Origin: Mobula hypostoma
Taxonomy: Eukaryota
NCBI RefSeq assembly: GCF_963921235.1
Contig: NC_086108.1
Location: 74,216,001-74,280,000 of the forward strand
Length of the DNA stretch: 64,000 nucleotides
Direction of reading: 5' to 3'
Part shown: piece after piece, positions 1 through 14,574 of the stretch
Position numbering within the stretch: the first letter of the stretch is position 1
Layout of the letters: every line of letters starts with the position of its first letter
The notes under the pieces: model-generated
What the model saw: only the letters and a program-made list of their open reading frames with translations
Told to the model about the DNA's origin: nothing
The model's database searches: none
Position numbers and translations under genes: made by a program

Positions 1-2960
1 TGTAAGTTTTCTCTGTACTCTTTAAACCTTGTTTACAGTTTTCCTGCAGGTTGGCAGCCAAAACTGCAAACACTACTCCAAATTAGGCCTCACCAACGAC
101 GTATACAACTTCAACATAACATCCCATCTCCTGTACTCAATACATTGATTTATGAAGGCCAATGTGCCAAACACTTTCTTTACAACCCTGTCTACCTGTG
201 ACACTGCTTTCGATGAATTATGGACTTGTATTCCTGGATCCCTTTGTTCTACCACATTCCTCAGTGACCTACTGTTCACTGTGTAGGACCTACCCTGCTT
301 GGACCGACTGAAGTGCAAAACTTTGCACTTGTCTGCATTAAATTTCATCTGCCATTTTCAGCCCATTTTTACAGCTGATACAGACCCTTCTGCAAGTCAT
401 GATCGCCTTCCTCACTGTCCACTACACACCAATCTACGTTTCATCTGCAAATTTGCTGACCCAGTTCACAACAATATCATCCAGATCATTGATAAAGATG
501 ACAAACAACAAATGACCCAGTACTGATCCCTGCAGCGCAGCACTGGTCACAGGCCTCCAGTCAGAGAGGCAACCATCTACTACCACTCTCTGGCTTCTAC
601 AAAGCTAATGTCTCATCCAATTTACTACCTCATCCTGAGTGCCAAGCCACTGAACCTTCTTGACCAGCCTCCCACGTAGGATCTTGTCAAATGCCTTACT
701 AAAGTCTATGGAGACAACGTCCACTGTCTTGCCTTCATCCACTTTCCTGGTAACCTCCTTGTAAAACCTTACAAGATTGGTTTGACATGATCGAATGCAC
801 ACAGAGCTACGCTGACTATCCTTAATCAATCCATGTCTATTCAAATACTTGTATATCCAGTCCCTTAGAATACCTTCCAATAACTTTCCCACAACTGATG
901 TCAGACTCACTGGCCTATAATATCCTTGTTTATGTTTAGAGTCTTTTTAAACATTGGAACAACATTGGTTATCCTCCATTCCTCTCTCCTGTCGCTAAGG
1001 ATGTTTTAAATATTTCTGCTAGGACCCAGCAATTTCTGCATTTGCCTCCCGTAGGGTCCGTGGGAACACCTTGTCAGACCCTGGGGATTTATCCGCCATG
1101 ATTTGCCTCAAGGTAGCAAACACCTCCTCCTCTAATCTGTACAGGGTCCATGAAGTTGATTTCACTTTGCCTCACTCTATAAACTCTGTGTCCTTCTCCA
1201 AAGTAAATACAGATGCAAAGAATTCATTTAAGATATCCCCAATCTATTTTGTCTCCACATGGCCACTCTGGTTTTCCAGAGAACCAATTTTGTCCCTTGC
1301 AATCCTTTTGCTCATAACATATCTGTAGAATCCCTTAGGATTCTCCTTCAGTTTGTCTGCTAGAGCAACTTCATACCTTCTTTTAGCCTTCCTGATTTCT
1401 TTCTTAAGTGTTCCTTATACTCGATAAGCACCTCATTTGTTCCTCCTTGCCTATACCTACTATGCAGCTCCTTTTTTCTCTTAAACAGGGCCTCAATATC
1501 TTTTGAAAACCAAGGTTTCCTCCACTTGTCATCTTTACCTTTTATTCTGCAGCACATTCAAGCATTGTACTCTCAAACTTTCATTTTTGAAGGCCTCCCA
1601 CTTTCCAAGTGCAGTTTTGCCAGAAAACAGCCTGTCCCAGTCCACACTTGCCAGATCATTTCTGATACCATTAAAATTGGCCTTTCTCCAAATTGAAATC
1701 TCAACTTGCAGACTAGACCTATCTTTTTTCATACTTACTTTGAAATTAATGGCATTGTAGTCACTAGATGCAAAATGTTTCCCCTACACAAACTTCTGTC
1801 ACCTGCCCTGTCTCATTCCCTAATAGCAGGACCAGCACCGCACGCTCTCTCATTGGGACTTCTACGTATTGATGAAGGAAACTTTCCTGAACACATTTGA
1901 CAAACTCTATCCCATCTAGTCCTTTTACATTAGGGGATTCCCAGTCAATATGTGGAAAGTTAAAATCGCCTTATGTTTCTTGCAACAGTTTGCGATCTCT
2001 TTACAAATTTGTTCCACTAAGTCCCTTGGACCGTTGGGTGGTCTGTAATATAGCCCCATTAATTTGGTCATACCTTTCTTATTTCTCAGTTCTATCTATA
2101 GCGCCTCGTGTCAAGTTCTCCAGTCTGTCCTGACAAAGCACTGCTGTGACATTTTCCCTGGCTAGTAACGCCACCCCTCTTCCTTTAATCCCTGCCGCTC
2201 TGTAATGTCTAAAACAATTGAACCCCAGAATACTGAGCTACCAGCCCTGCCCCTCTTGCAACCAAGTCTCACTAATAGCTACAACATCATAATTCCACGT
2301 GTTGATCCATGCCCTGAGCTCATCCACCTTTTCTGTGATACTTCTTGCACTGAAATATACGCAGCCCAGGATACTAGTTGCAGCATGATCAACCTTTTGA
2401 TTCGTGACTTTGAGGTCTTACCAGCTTCTGCTTTCACAACCTCTCCATTAAATGTTCTAGCAATCTGGTTCCCATCCCCCTGCAACTCTCGTTTAAACCC
2501 CACCATGCAGCATTAACAAACCTTCCCGTTAGGATATTAGTCCCCCTCCCGTTCAGGTGCAAATCGTCTCTTCTCTTCAGGTCCCACTTTCCCTGGAAGA
2601 GAGCCCAATGATCCAAAAATTTTATGCCCTCCCTCCTACGCCAGCTCCTTGGCCACATGTTAAAACTGTATCATCTTCCTAATTCTGGCCTCACTAGCAC
2701 ATGGTACGGGTAGCAATCTTGAGATCACAACCCAGCAGATGCTGCCCTTTAACTTGGCACCCAACTCCCTCTGGAGAACCTCATCACTTGTCCTACCCAT
2801 GTCATTGGTACCTACATGGACCATGACCTCTGGCTGTTCAAGAATGCGGAGGACTTAATCCAAACGTCCCGGGCCCTTGCACCCGGGAAGCAACATAATA
2901 TCTGGGAATCTTGTTCTCGCCCACAGAACCTCATGTCCATTTCCACAATTAGCCTAGAGC
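1..2960 (-). mobile_element. Degenerate CR1 LINE (ORF1 esterase remnant + APE/RT ORF2), 3' end runs off the window
   Basis: Minus-strand ORF pieces: 'CCFPGARARDV' and 'DLHLNGRGTNIL' (SGNH esterase ORF1), 'SLTSVVGKLLE..DFSKAFDK' (RT), 'MKFNADKCKVLHF..LVRPNLE'; many frameshifts. Confidence 0.9.
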
Positions 2961-3559
2961 TTTTCTTTGATTTCTCTGACAGGAGTCTGTCTTTGCTGAA
3001 CCCGCGAAGAGCTAAAGCCTCAAGATCACCACTCTGATTCTGTCCACTCAGATGACAGCTGCCGAGCTTGCCCCTGCCTTCCTTTAATTTGCTCTCACTA
3101 ATCAATCTCAAACATGATTAGTCGCAGTCAAAGCTCTATTATGCTGCTGCAACCCACTGCTCCTTCGTTTCTACTCAGGCAATGAAATCCCCTCCTCTGA
3201 ATCTTCTGATGTCTGGATCGGACGCTGGTCAAAGCTCTATTACTGTCACTTCTACTTGGCTAACTGCTGCCACCAATATTTCTAGAAGAATCAAATACAC
3301 TTAACCAAAACTGACACCTCAAAGGAGTCCCAAGAGAATTTTGTCTTTTGAATTAAATGTTGAATTTTTACCTTTTCTATATTGTTACATAGCAGATCAT
3401 GTAACTATTCTCATATTAAAGCAATAAAGTTTATTTGGTATTGTGTTTAATATTTATGCTTCAAATATTGCTACAACCAATTATCCAATCATCTGAAACC
3501 TCTGTACCTCATCTAGTTGCCAAACAGAAGCCAGAGTCAGAATCCTTTAACAAGAGGAC

Positions 3560-3825
3560 AACAGTGCCCCTCTTTCCCCTTCTCCCATGGTCCACTCTCT
3601 TATCAGATTCTTTCTTCTCCAAGTCCCTTACCTTTCCCATCCACCTGACTTCACCTACTACCTCCTAACTAGTCTTCCTTTCCCCTCCCCCCACCTTTTT
3701 ATTTTGATGTTTTCTCCCTTTCTTTCCAGTCCCGAAGAAGGGTCTCGATCTGAAACATCAACTGTTTATTCTTTTCCATAGATGGCGCCTAAATTGCTCA
3801 GTTCCTCCAGCATTTTGTGTGTGTC
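3560..3825 (+). mobile_element. Penelope-like element 3' tail (pLTR) remnant with decayed hammerhead motif
   Basis: cagtcccgaagaagggtctcgatctgaaacatcaactg...ccagcattttgtgtgtg resembles the tail of the GIY-YIG-bearing copy at 44520-44954. Confidence 0.75.
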
Positions 3826-3852
3826 GTTCTAAGTGTGTCAAATTTGGATCTG

Positions 3853-6800
3853 AGATATAGGAACAGAATTAGGCCATTTGGACCATTGATGCTGCTCCAT
3901 CATTCCATCATTGCTGACCTGTTACCCCTCTCAAACCCATTCTCCTGCCTTCTCCCCATATAACCCTGGACCTCCCGACTAATCAAGAACCTATCGACCT
4001 CCACCTTAAATATACTTGATGCCTGGACCTCCACAGCTGCCTGTGGCAATGAATTCCACAGATTCACTGGTAAATGATCCTCATCTCTGATCTAAATGGA
4101 CGTTTCTTTAATCTGAGGCTATGCCCTCTGGTCCTCCTGGACTCACCCACTATAGAAAACATCTATCCCACATCCATTCTAGCCAGACCCTTCAATATCT
4201 GATAGGTTAAAATAAGATTCCCCTCCCAATCTCCTAAACTCCAGTGAGTACAGGTCCAGAGTCATCAAATGCTCATGTTAACACTTTTGTTCCCAGAATC
4301 ATTCTCATGAATTTCCTCTCGACCCTCTCTCTCCAATGCCAGCACATCTTTTCTTAGATAAGGGGCCCCAAACTTTTCACAACACTTAGAGTATGGTCTG
4401 ACCAACACCTCATAAAACCTCAGCATTACACCCTTGCTCTTATACGCTAGTCTGCCCAAAAAAGATGTTAACATTGCATTTGCCTTCCTACCACTGACTC
4501 AACCTGCAAGTTAACCTTTAGGGAATCCTGCACAAGGACTCTCAAGCCCTATGCACCCGATTTTTGAATTTCCTCCCTGCTTAAAAACTAGTCTACTCCT
4601 TTATTCCATCTACAAGTCACTTCCCAGCACTATACTCCATCTGCTACTTCTTTGCCCATTGTCCCAATCTGTCTCTCCTCTGCAGTCTCCCTGTTTCCTC
4701 AGCACTACTCGCGCCTCCACCTATCTTTCCACAAAGTCATCAATTCCATCATCCAAATCATTGACATATAGCATGAAAAGAGTGCTCCCAACACCGACCC
4801 CTGCAGAACACCACAAGTCATCAGCAGCCAACAAGAAAAGTCCCCCTTTATTCCCACTTTTTGCCTTTTGCCAGTCAGCCAATCTTCTATCCATCCTAGT
4901 ACCTTTCCTGTAATATCATGGGCTCTTATCTTGTTAAGCACCCTCATGTACCATACAATGTCAAAGGCCTTCTGAAAATCAAAGTAAATAACGTCCACTA
5001 ACTCTTCTTTTTCTAGCTTGTCTGTTATCTCCTCAAAGAATTCCAACAGATTTATCAGGCAAGATTTCTCCTTAAGGAAACCTTGCTGATTTAGGACTAT
5101 TTTATCATGTGCTTCCGAGTTTCTCGAAACCTCATCCTTAAAACTGCTCTCCAATATCTTCCCAACCACTGAAGTCAGGCTAACTGGCTTATAATTTCCA
5201 TTCTTCTGCCTCCTTCCCCTCTGAAAAAACAAAGTAACATTTACAATTTTCTAGTCCTCCGGAATCATTCTAGAATGTACTGATTATTGAAAGATCATTA
5301 CTACCTCTTTTAAAACCTGGGGTGTCGTCCATCTGGTCTAGGTGACTTCAGACCTTTCAATTTCCCCAAAGACCTTCTCCTTATTAATAGCAATAACATT
5401 CACTTCTGCTCCAAGACACTCGGACCTCTGGCATACTGCTCGTGTCTTCCACAGTGAAGACTGACACAAAATACATATTAAGTTCTTCCACCATTTTTTG
5501 TCCCCCATTACTAATTCTCCAGAGTCATTTTCCAGCAGTCTGAAATCTATTTTTCCCTCCCTTTTATTCTTTATCTATTTGTAAAAACTTTTAGGTTTCT
5601 CTTCTATATTACTGTCTAGCTTACCTTCATATTTCATCTTTTCTCTCCTTATGGGTTTTTTTTAAAATCTTCTGTTGGTTCATAAAAGCTTCCCAATCCT
5701 CCAACTTTTCACTAATTTTTGCACTATCCCATGTCCCCTCTTTTGCTTTTATGCTGTCTTTGACTTCCCTGGACAGCCACAATTGCATCATCCTCCCTTC
5801 AGAATACTTCGTCATCTCTGGGATATATCTATCCTGCGCCTTCCAAATTACCACCAGAAATTTCTGCTGTCATCTCTGCTGTTGTCTCCTTCCAATCAAC
5901 TTTGGCCTGCTCCTTTGTCATGCCTCTGTAATTCCCTTTACTTCACTGTAATACTGATTAATCGGACTTTATCTTCTCTCTCTCAAATTGCAGGGTGAGT
6001 CCTATATTATGATCACTGCCTTCTAAGGGTTCCTTTAACTGAAGCTCCCTAATGAAATCTGTTTCACTACACAACACCCAACCCAGAATTGCCTTTCGCC
6101 TACTGGGCTCAACCACAAGCTATTCTGGAAAGCCATCTTGTAAGTATTTTCCAAATTCCCTCTTTTGGGATCCATCACCAAACCGATTTTCGCAATCTCC
6201 CTGAATATTAAAATCCCCCATGACTATTGTAACATTGCCCTCTTTACATTCTTTTTTATCTCCCATTGTAATTTATATCCCACATCCTGGCTGCTATTCA
6301 GAGGCCTTTCTATAACTTCCATCAGGGTCTTCTTACCCTTGCAGTTTCTTAACTCTACCCACAAAGATTCTACATCGTCTGATCCTATGTCACCTCTTTC
6401 TAAGAATTTGATTTCATTTTTTACCAAGAGAGCCATCTCACCCCCTTTGCCTTCCAGCCTGTCCTATAAATACAATGTGTATCCTTGGATGTTAAGCTCC
6501 CAACTATGATCTTCTTTCAGCCATTACTTAGCGATGCCTCAGCATCATACCTGCCAGACTGTAACCGCGCAACATCATCTACATTGTTCTGTACACTGCG
6601 TGAATTCAAAAAACACCTTCAGTCCTGCATTCATTACCCTCTTCAATTTTGCCCCCGAGTTACACTTCAACTCATCCCACTTGACTGCAGTTTTGCTCTC
6701 TCATCTGCCTATCCTTCCTCACAGTCTCACTATACACTGCATCTACTTGTATAGCAATGGCCCCATCCTCAGCCCTATCATTCTGGTTCCCCATCTCCCT

Positions 6801-7740
6801 GCCAAAATAGTTTAAATCTCCCCAAAAGCTCTAGAAAACCTGCCTGCAAGGATATTGCTTTCCTTTTGGTTCAGGTGTAACCTGTCCTGTTTGTACAGGT
6901 CATACCCTCCCCAGAAGAAATTCTAATAATCCAGAAATCTGAAACCCTGCTCCCTTCACCAATTCCTCAGCCATGCATTCATCTGCCAAATCATACCATT
7001 CTTACCCCCTCTGCATGTGAGATTCAAATTACTACCCCGGAGGTCCTGTCTTTCAGCTTTCTACACAACTCCCTATATTCTCTCTTCAGGATCTCCTCCC
7101 ATTCCCTATCTATATCATTGTTACCAATATGTACCACCTCCTCTGGCTTCTCACCCTCTCATTTTAAAATGCTGTGGACCCAGTCCGAGACATCCTTGAC
7201 CCTGGCATTGGAAGGCAAAATACCATCCAGGTTTCCTTTCCACATCTACAGAATCTCGTGTCTACTCCTTTAACTATGGAATTCCCTATCACTACTACAG
7301 TGCTCTCTCCCCTCTTCCCATCTGAGCCACAGAGCCAGACTCAGTGCCACAGACCTGCTTGCTGCAGCTTCTCTCTGGTAACTGTATCCTAAGCAGTATA
7401 ATTATTGAGGGGAACAGCCACAGAAGTAATCTGCACTGGCTGTCTATTGCCTTTCTCTCTCCTGACAGTCACCCAGGTACCTGCTTCCTGCATCTTAGGG
7501 GTGACTACCTCCCTGTAGCTGCAATCTATTACATTCTCATTCTCCTGTATGGCGCCAAAGGTCATCAAGCTGCAGCTGCAGTTCCTTAACATGGTCTATA
7601 AGAGTCTGCAGCTCGATGAACTTCGTATAAATGTAGTTATCAGGGAAATTGGAGGTCTCCCAGAGTTCCCACATCTCACACAAAGAACATACCACAAACT
7701 CAGGATCAACACTCAGTGCACAGCTATGTACGAACAGAGA
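3853..7740 (-). mobile_element. Near full-length degenerate CR1 LINE
   Basis: ORF1 'YREVVTPKMQEAGTWVTVRR'; APE 'ESLWVELRNCKGKKTL'; RT 'NYKPVSLTSVVGKILES..DFQKAFD..GVLQGSVLG'; CR1-type 3' UTR near 3855. Confidence 0.9.
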
Positions 7741-8419
7741 ATAGAAAGCAAAAAAAAACCCATAAATTTACTTAGAACCTCTTCCTGTCTTTGCCTGTTG
7801 ATCCAAAGCCAGACCATTCTAATACTGCCCCACTCCAATAATGACCAACAATTTAACAATACCATGAAAGTTGGCCTCTACTGTGTGAAGAAAAGATTTA
7901 GCTTCCACAGTGACTATACAACGGTCACTCCCTCAGTTCCGAAAAGGGTCACTGGCATAAAACATTGACTTTGTTTCTCTTCCTGCTGATATAGACTGAC
8001 CTGCTGAGTATCCCCAGCATTGTAGACTTACAGTATTCGCAGTTCATTTGATTTTTCACAAAATTGAAAAATAAACAGGATGACTTGGCACATGCATTGA
8101 GATAGACAAACAATAATAGCATGAAGCAAAAGCGGCAGGACAAGTGGAATTATAGTCATACATTATTAGAGAGTGTATAAATGAGTCATTAGAATCAAAG
8201 TTCTTTAAAAACTCTGTATGAAGGCTCTGTTTGCCAGTGGCTGAAAAGAGCACTTGCGATGAGTTTTATAATGAGATGACTCAACCTAAACACCAACCTA
8301 TATTTATTAATGTGTGGTCAGATACATCACTTTTCATGATTTCAGTCAGTTGAATAAATATTTCCAAACACAGCAGATTATGGACTTGTCAACACTGGTA
8401 ATAAGTGAGGACGACAATG

Positions 8420-10480
8420 ATTTCAGACAGGAAAAGTTCTCAGGGAAACAGCTACCTACGACCATCACATTAATATCCAAAACCTGTGACTGGCTGCATA
8501 GAGAACTGCATTGCGGATGTCACTGTTATTAAACACATCTATATTCAGGAAAATCAGAAGCTATGGCTAACAGCAGAGGTTCGGGCATGGCTGAGAGATT
8601 GGGAATCTGACTTTAGATTGGGGGATAAGGCAATTCTCAGGTCAGCAAGAACTGTGCAGCACCAGGAAGGCAAAACCGGATTATTCACAGAGAACATACA
8701 GCCATTTCTGTGAGATGAGGCGCATTTGGTGGGGTATTCAGACCATAACAGACTACAAGTCCACTTTGCATGTCAACTTCAGTGATGCTTCTCTTCCTGA
8801 TAGGCTGAATGCCTTTTATGCTTCATTTCATGCACAGCATAATGTGCTGGCGAGGAAGATCCCCCTCCTCTGGAGGAGCGGGCACTCTGTCTGGCCGCAG
8901 CTGATGCTCTGCTCAAAGACCCTTGCTCTGGTCAGTCCACATTGAGCTGCGGAGCCTGATAAAGTACCTGGTCGGGTGCTAAGCCCAGTTAACGAGGTTG
9001 TAACAGACATCTTCACATTGCTCTGGCACAGTCCACTGTCCCCTCAAGGGCTTCAAAGCACCCAGTGTCCAAGAGGCTGACAGTAACCTGTCTCAACAAC
9101 TACTGTCGAGTGGCACTGACCTCAATAATAACTACATTCTTCTGCTACATTGGACCCCTTCCAATTTGCTTATTGCTCAGGTCAGTCCACTTGATAATGC
9201 TATTGCCTCTGCACTCCATTCCATCCTGTCCCGCCTGGAAAATGGTGCCTTATATGCCAGGATGCTGTCTCTCGACTTCAGCTTCGCATATAATATCATC
9301 ATCCCTCAGAAGCTGGTGGACAAACTGTCCTCAGATTCCAACACCTCTCTCTGCCACTGGATCCTGGACTTCTTGACAGAAAGGCTACATTCCGTCTGCT
9401 CCAGCACACAGCGCCAGCGCTCCCCAGGGCTGCACGCTTAGCCCACTGCTGTTCAAGCTGCAGACACATAACTGCATCTCTAGATCTAGTTCAAACCAAA
9501 TCAAGTTCACTGATGACACAACAGTGGTTGGCCTCATTAACGATGACATTGAGACAGAAAGAAGGTAAGGTTCAAAGTAAATTTTCTATAAAAGTACCTA
9601 TACATCACCTTTTCAACCCTGAGATACATTTTCTTGCGGGCATACTCATTAAATGCAGTAACTGTTATAGAATCAATGAAAGACCCCACCAACTGGGCAT
9701 ACAACCAGTGTGCAAAAGACAACAAACTATGCAAATACAAAAAGGAAATAATAATATTAATAATAAATAAACAAACAATAAATATCCAGAACACGAGATG
9801 AAGACAGTCCTTGAAAGTAAGTCCATAGATTGAGTCCTGAGGCTACTGTACCTTCCTCCAGATAGCAGCAGCAAGAAGAGAGCACAACGTGGGTGGTGAG
9901 GGGTCCCTGATGATGGATGCTGCTGTGGCTGGTGGAATGGTGTGAACACCACTTGTTTCAGTGTGGACAAGACCAAAGAGATGATTGTGGACTTTAGGAA
10001 GGTGCAGGCTGGCCACTCCTCACTGCACATACATGTCTCTTCCGTGGAGAGTTAGGAACACCAAGTTTCTGGGAGTGCACATATCAAACTATCTCACCTG
10101 GTCTCTCAACATCTCCTCTTTGGCCAAGAAGGCACACCAGTGTCTCCACTTCCTGAGGAGATTGTGGTGAGTGAGGCTCCTACCCCTCCATTTTAACCAA
10201 TGTTTCCAGGAGCACAATCGAGTGTCCTGATCAGCTGCCTCATCGACAGGCATATGATCTCCATTCCCTTCAGAGGATTGTGAGGACAGCTGAGAGGATC
10301 ATTGGAGCCTTTCTTCCACCCATCAGAGATATTTATCAGTAGTGCTACATACACAAGGCCCTTAACATTGTCAATGACCTTTCCCAACCATCCAACAATC
10401 TGATTGACCCACTACCATCAGGCAGACGGTACGACAGCACGAGCACAAGAACCAGGATGGAAAATAGCTTCTTCTGCAAG
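8420..10480 (+). mobile_element. Highly degraded Rex1/Babar-type LINE
   Basis: 'WGIQTITDYK..DASLPDRLNAFYA', '[21 protein letters not shown]', 'KFLGVHIS..LTWS'. Confidence 0.8.
9565..9935 (-). mobile_element. Rex-type LINE 3' fragment inserted antisense into the older Rex copy
   Basis: Minus 'HHPRCALFLLLLSGGRYSSLRT' plus a 3' UTR resembling 31860-32060. Confidence 0.65.
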
Positions 10481-10549
10481 AACAGAGAGAAAGACAAAAC
10501 AAGTTAGTTTAAAGTTACAGAGTGGGTGAGGAGGGACAATGGTGCAAAG

Positions 10550-13235
10550 GAAACATCCTGGAGGTACGTTATCTGCTGAAGGCTAGATCTGTGGCATTCA
10601 AGTCTGGCAACCCAGGCCTGTACCAGAAGACCAGGTATGATTTGCAGAGAACTATTTCAAGGGCGAAGAGACAATTTAGAACGAGGTTGGAGGTGACCTC
10701 GGATGCACGGCAACTCTGGCAGGGTTTGCAAGACATTACTTCCGACAAAGCAAAACCCAATAGCATGAATGGCAGCGATGTTTCACTACCAGATGAACTC
10801 AACAACTTCTATGCCGCTTTGAAAGGGAGAACACAACTACAGCTGTGAAGAACCCTGCTGCACCCGATGACCCTGTGATCTCTGTCTCAGAGGCCGATGT
10901 TAGGCTGTCTTTAAAGAGAGTGAACCCTCTCAAGGCAGAAGGTCCCGATGGAGTGCCTGGTAAGGCTCTGAAAACCTGTGCCAACCAACTAGCAGCAGTA
11001 TTCAAGGACATTTTCAACCACTCACCGCTACAGGTGGAAGTTCCCATTTGCTTCAAAAAGACAGTTATACCAGTGCCTAAGAAGAATAATGACATAGATA
11101 TACTTTATTGATCCCGAGGGAAATTGAGTTTCATTACAGCTGCACCAACCAAGAATAGAGCATAAACATAAAAATACAAAAACCACAAACAATCAAACAA
11201 CAATATGCAAACTATGCCAGATGAAAATAAGTCCAGGACCAGCCTATTGGCTCAGGGTGTCTGACCCTCCATGGGAGGAGCTGCAAAGTTCGATGGCCAC
11301 AGGCAGGAACAATCTCCCATGACGCCCAGTGTTGTATCTTGATGGAATATGGCCGGTGTCCAACAGCAAAAAGTTCAATATCCGGGCTACAAACACGTTC
11401 CTCGATCGTAATATGACCAGGACTGCACCATCCGTTTGTTAACCAGAACAGCAAGCCCCAACTCCTTTACACTTACCGCTCTCAGTGCAATTCCGGTCAG
11501 CCCGAACGGTCTGGAAGCCCTCCATGGAAAAGTTTTGGTCGGGTATGTCCTCGTGCAGTCCAAGTGGAGAACTCCTCTTCTCCATGAGTCTGTTGTCTTG
11601 ACCCGGTCCTCTTTCCTCACCTTTTCGATCTCCCTCTGCATCCTCTGTGTGTTTTCCTCCAGATTTCAGCAGGGGTGTCCGCCGCTCTGTTCGCTAAACC
11701 GGCCGGCATAAGCGCAATCAGCTGGTCCCTGGAATAAACAATGCGACCATACTGCTGCCCTGCTAATGAGACATGTCCGGATGTAACTATTTCCAGCGCT
11801 AAAAACCCAAATAAAACCCTCTCCACCAGCATGTTAGAAAGGGTGCAGCTTCAACGTGTTACCGTAAAAAAAAACAAGCTGAGCTGCCTTAATGACTATC
11901 GCCCAGTAGCACTCACATGTACAGTGATGAAATGCTTTGCAAGGTTGGTCATGACTAGACTGAACTCCTGCCTCAGCAAGGACCTGGACCCACTGCAATT
12001 TGCCTCGCCACAACAGATTAACGGCAGACGCAATCTCAGTGGCTCTCCACACAGCTTTAGACCACCTGGACAACACAAACCACCTATGTCAGTATGCTGT
12101 TCATCGACTATAGCTCAGCATTTAATACTGTCATTCCCACAATCCGGATTGAGAAGTTGCAGAACCTGGGCCTCTGTATCTCCCTCTGCAACTGGATCCT
12201 CGACCTCCCAACCAGAAGACCACAGTCTGTGAGGATTGGTGATAAAATATCCTCCTTGCTGACAATCAACACTGGTGCACCTCAGGGGTGTGTGCTTAGC
12301 CCACTGCTGTACTCTCTATATACACATGACTGTGTGGCTAGGCATAGCTCAAATACCATCTGTAAATTTACTGAGGGTACATCCATTGTAGGTGGTGACG
12401 AGAGGGCGTACAGGAGTGAGATATGCCAACTAGCAGAGTGGTGCTGCAGCAACAACGTGGCACTCAACATCGGTAAGATGAAAGAGCTGATTGTGGACTT
12501 CAGGAAGGGTAAGACGAAGGATCATACCAATCCTCATAGAAGGATCAGAAGTGGAGAGAGTGAGCGGTTTCCTGGGTGTCAAGATCTCTGAGGGTCTAAC
12601 CTGGTCCCAATATAGCGATGTAGTTATAAAGAAGACAAGACAGCAACTATACTTCAATAGGAATTTGAAGAGATTTGGCATGTCAACAAATACACTCAAA
12701 AACTTCTATAGATGTATGGTGGAGAGCATTCTGACAGGCTGCATCACTGTCTAGTATGGGGGGGGGGGGGCTACTGCACAGGACCGAAAGAAGCTGCAGA
12801 GGGTTGTAAATCTAGTTAGCTCCATCCTGGGTACTAGCCTACAAGGTACCCAGGACATCTTCAGGGAGCTGCGTCTCAGAAAGGCAGCGTCCATTATTAA
12901 GGATCTTCAGCACTCAGGACATACCCTTTTCTCACTGTTACCATCAGATAGGAGGTACAGAAGCCTGAAGGCACACACTCAGTGATTCAGGAACAGCTTC
13001 TTCCCCTCTGCCATCTGATCCCTAAATGGACATTGAACCCTTGGACACTACCTCCCTTTTTTTAATATACAGTAGTTCTGGTTTTTGCACTTTTTTAATC
13101 TATTCAAGATATGTATGCTGTAATTGAGCTACTTATTATTTTTTTTCTCTTCTATATTATGTTTTGCATTGAACTGCTGCTGCTAAGTTAATAAATTTCA
13201 CGTCAAATGCAGGTGATAATAAACCTGATTCTGAT
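10550..13235 (+). mobile_element. Rex1/Babar-type LINE, 5'-truncated, interrupted at 11091-11864
   Basis: 'KAEGPDGVPGKALKTCANQLA', '[11 protein letters not shown]', '[33 protein letters not shown]'; tail aataaacctgattctga. Confidence 0.9.
11091..11864 (-). mobile_element. Internally deleted (bipartite) Rex-type non-autonomous element
   Basis: 5' leader '[10 protein letters not shown]' and APE piece 'GLAVLVNK..CSPDIELFAVGHRPY' joined directly to the C-terminal 'PSRYNTGRHGRLFLPVAIELCSS' and 3' UTR with aataaa. Confidence 0.7.
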
Positions 13236-13494
13236 ATGGCCAGGCGATAACTGTGTGGCGTTTAGCCACTGTGGAAGCCACGGGATGGCTAATGTGGCGT
13301 TCAATGAGGGAAGTTAGAAGAGTGAAAGCAAACCTAGTGATATGCAGAAGCTGTGAAATGCAGGTTAGAGTTGTAGGAAATACCCAGCAAATCAGGCAGT
13401 ACAAGTGATGAGAAAATATTGTAATAAACTTCAGAAGGATAATCTACAGCAGAACTTGATCCTTTATCACAATGACAATCCTGGGGTTTTCTCA

Positions 13495-14340
13495 CCATAG
13501 TACCCCACCAGGCTGCATCTACAACCCTCTACTCTACTCCACCGACAAACATGACTGTGTGGCCAGATTCTGCTTTAACTCCATCTACAAATTTGCAGTT
13601 GACACCAGCACATTGGGTGGAATCTTAAATAACAAGTCAGAATACAGGAAAGAGGTGGAGAGTCAAGTGAGATGATGTCACAACAACTACCTTTCCTTCA
13701 ATATCAACAACAAAACAAAAGAGCTGGCCACTGATTCAAGAAGGCGGGCAGTGTCCATGCTCCTTTTTACATCAACAGTGCTGAGGTCAAGAGGGTTGAA
13801 AGTTTCAAATTCCTAGGAATGAACATTACCGATAGCTAGACTTGATCCAACCAAGTGAACACCATGGCCACGAAAGCACATCAGCACCTCTACTTTCTTA
13901 GAAAGCATCCTATCCCAGTGCACCACAGCTTGGTATGGCAACTGCTCTGCCTGAAACTGCAAAAAAAAAATGCAGAGTTGTGAACATAGCTCAGGGCATC
14001 ATGAAAACCAACCTTCTATTCCATGAACTCTGTCCACACTTCTCGTTGCCTTGGACAAACAGCCAGCCTGGACATTCTCCCTTCTCCACCATTCCATTTG
14101 GTCAAAAGTCAGAAAGGCCTAAAACCATGTATCACCAGACATCATAAGACTATTGAACAATAAGTCTTGACCTCATAACCTAACTTGTTATGGATTTACA
14201 CATTATTATCTGCCTGCACTGCATTTATGCTACATCCTGTTATTGCTTTTTTCCTTGAAGTGTGAAAAATAACCTGTATGGATGACATGCAAAACATACT
14301 GTTTCAGTGTACCTTGGAACATGCAACAATAATAAGCAAT
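13495..14340 (+). mobile_element. Degraded Rex1-type RT fragment
   Basis: 'PPGCIYNPLLYSTDKHDCVARFCFNSIYKFAVDT'. Confidence 0.7.
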
Positions 14341-14574
14341 TTACCAGTTTTATTTCCAACAGATGTTCAGTTTGTCCTGCCACCACTTTTTCTCATCTTC
14401 TCATGCAACCCAAGTCTAGTTTGTTTTCTCTTCTTAACAGTTCTATGTTAACTGTATTTCACCAGTGTGCCTTCCAGATACTTGCAGACTATTCTTCAAA
14501 GAGTTGATATGGCTGATTCAGCCCAAAAGGCCAAACTGCCTACTGCTGTTTCTAAATCTAGCAAATTGCCACCT

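Noticed and set aside
8056..8253. Minus-strand ORF/exon following a tttcag acceptor
   Set aside because: No recognisable protein and no clear downstream donor
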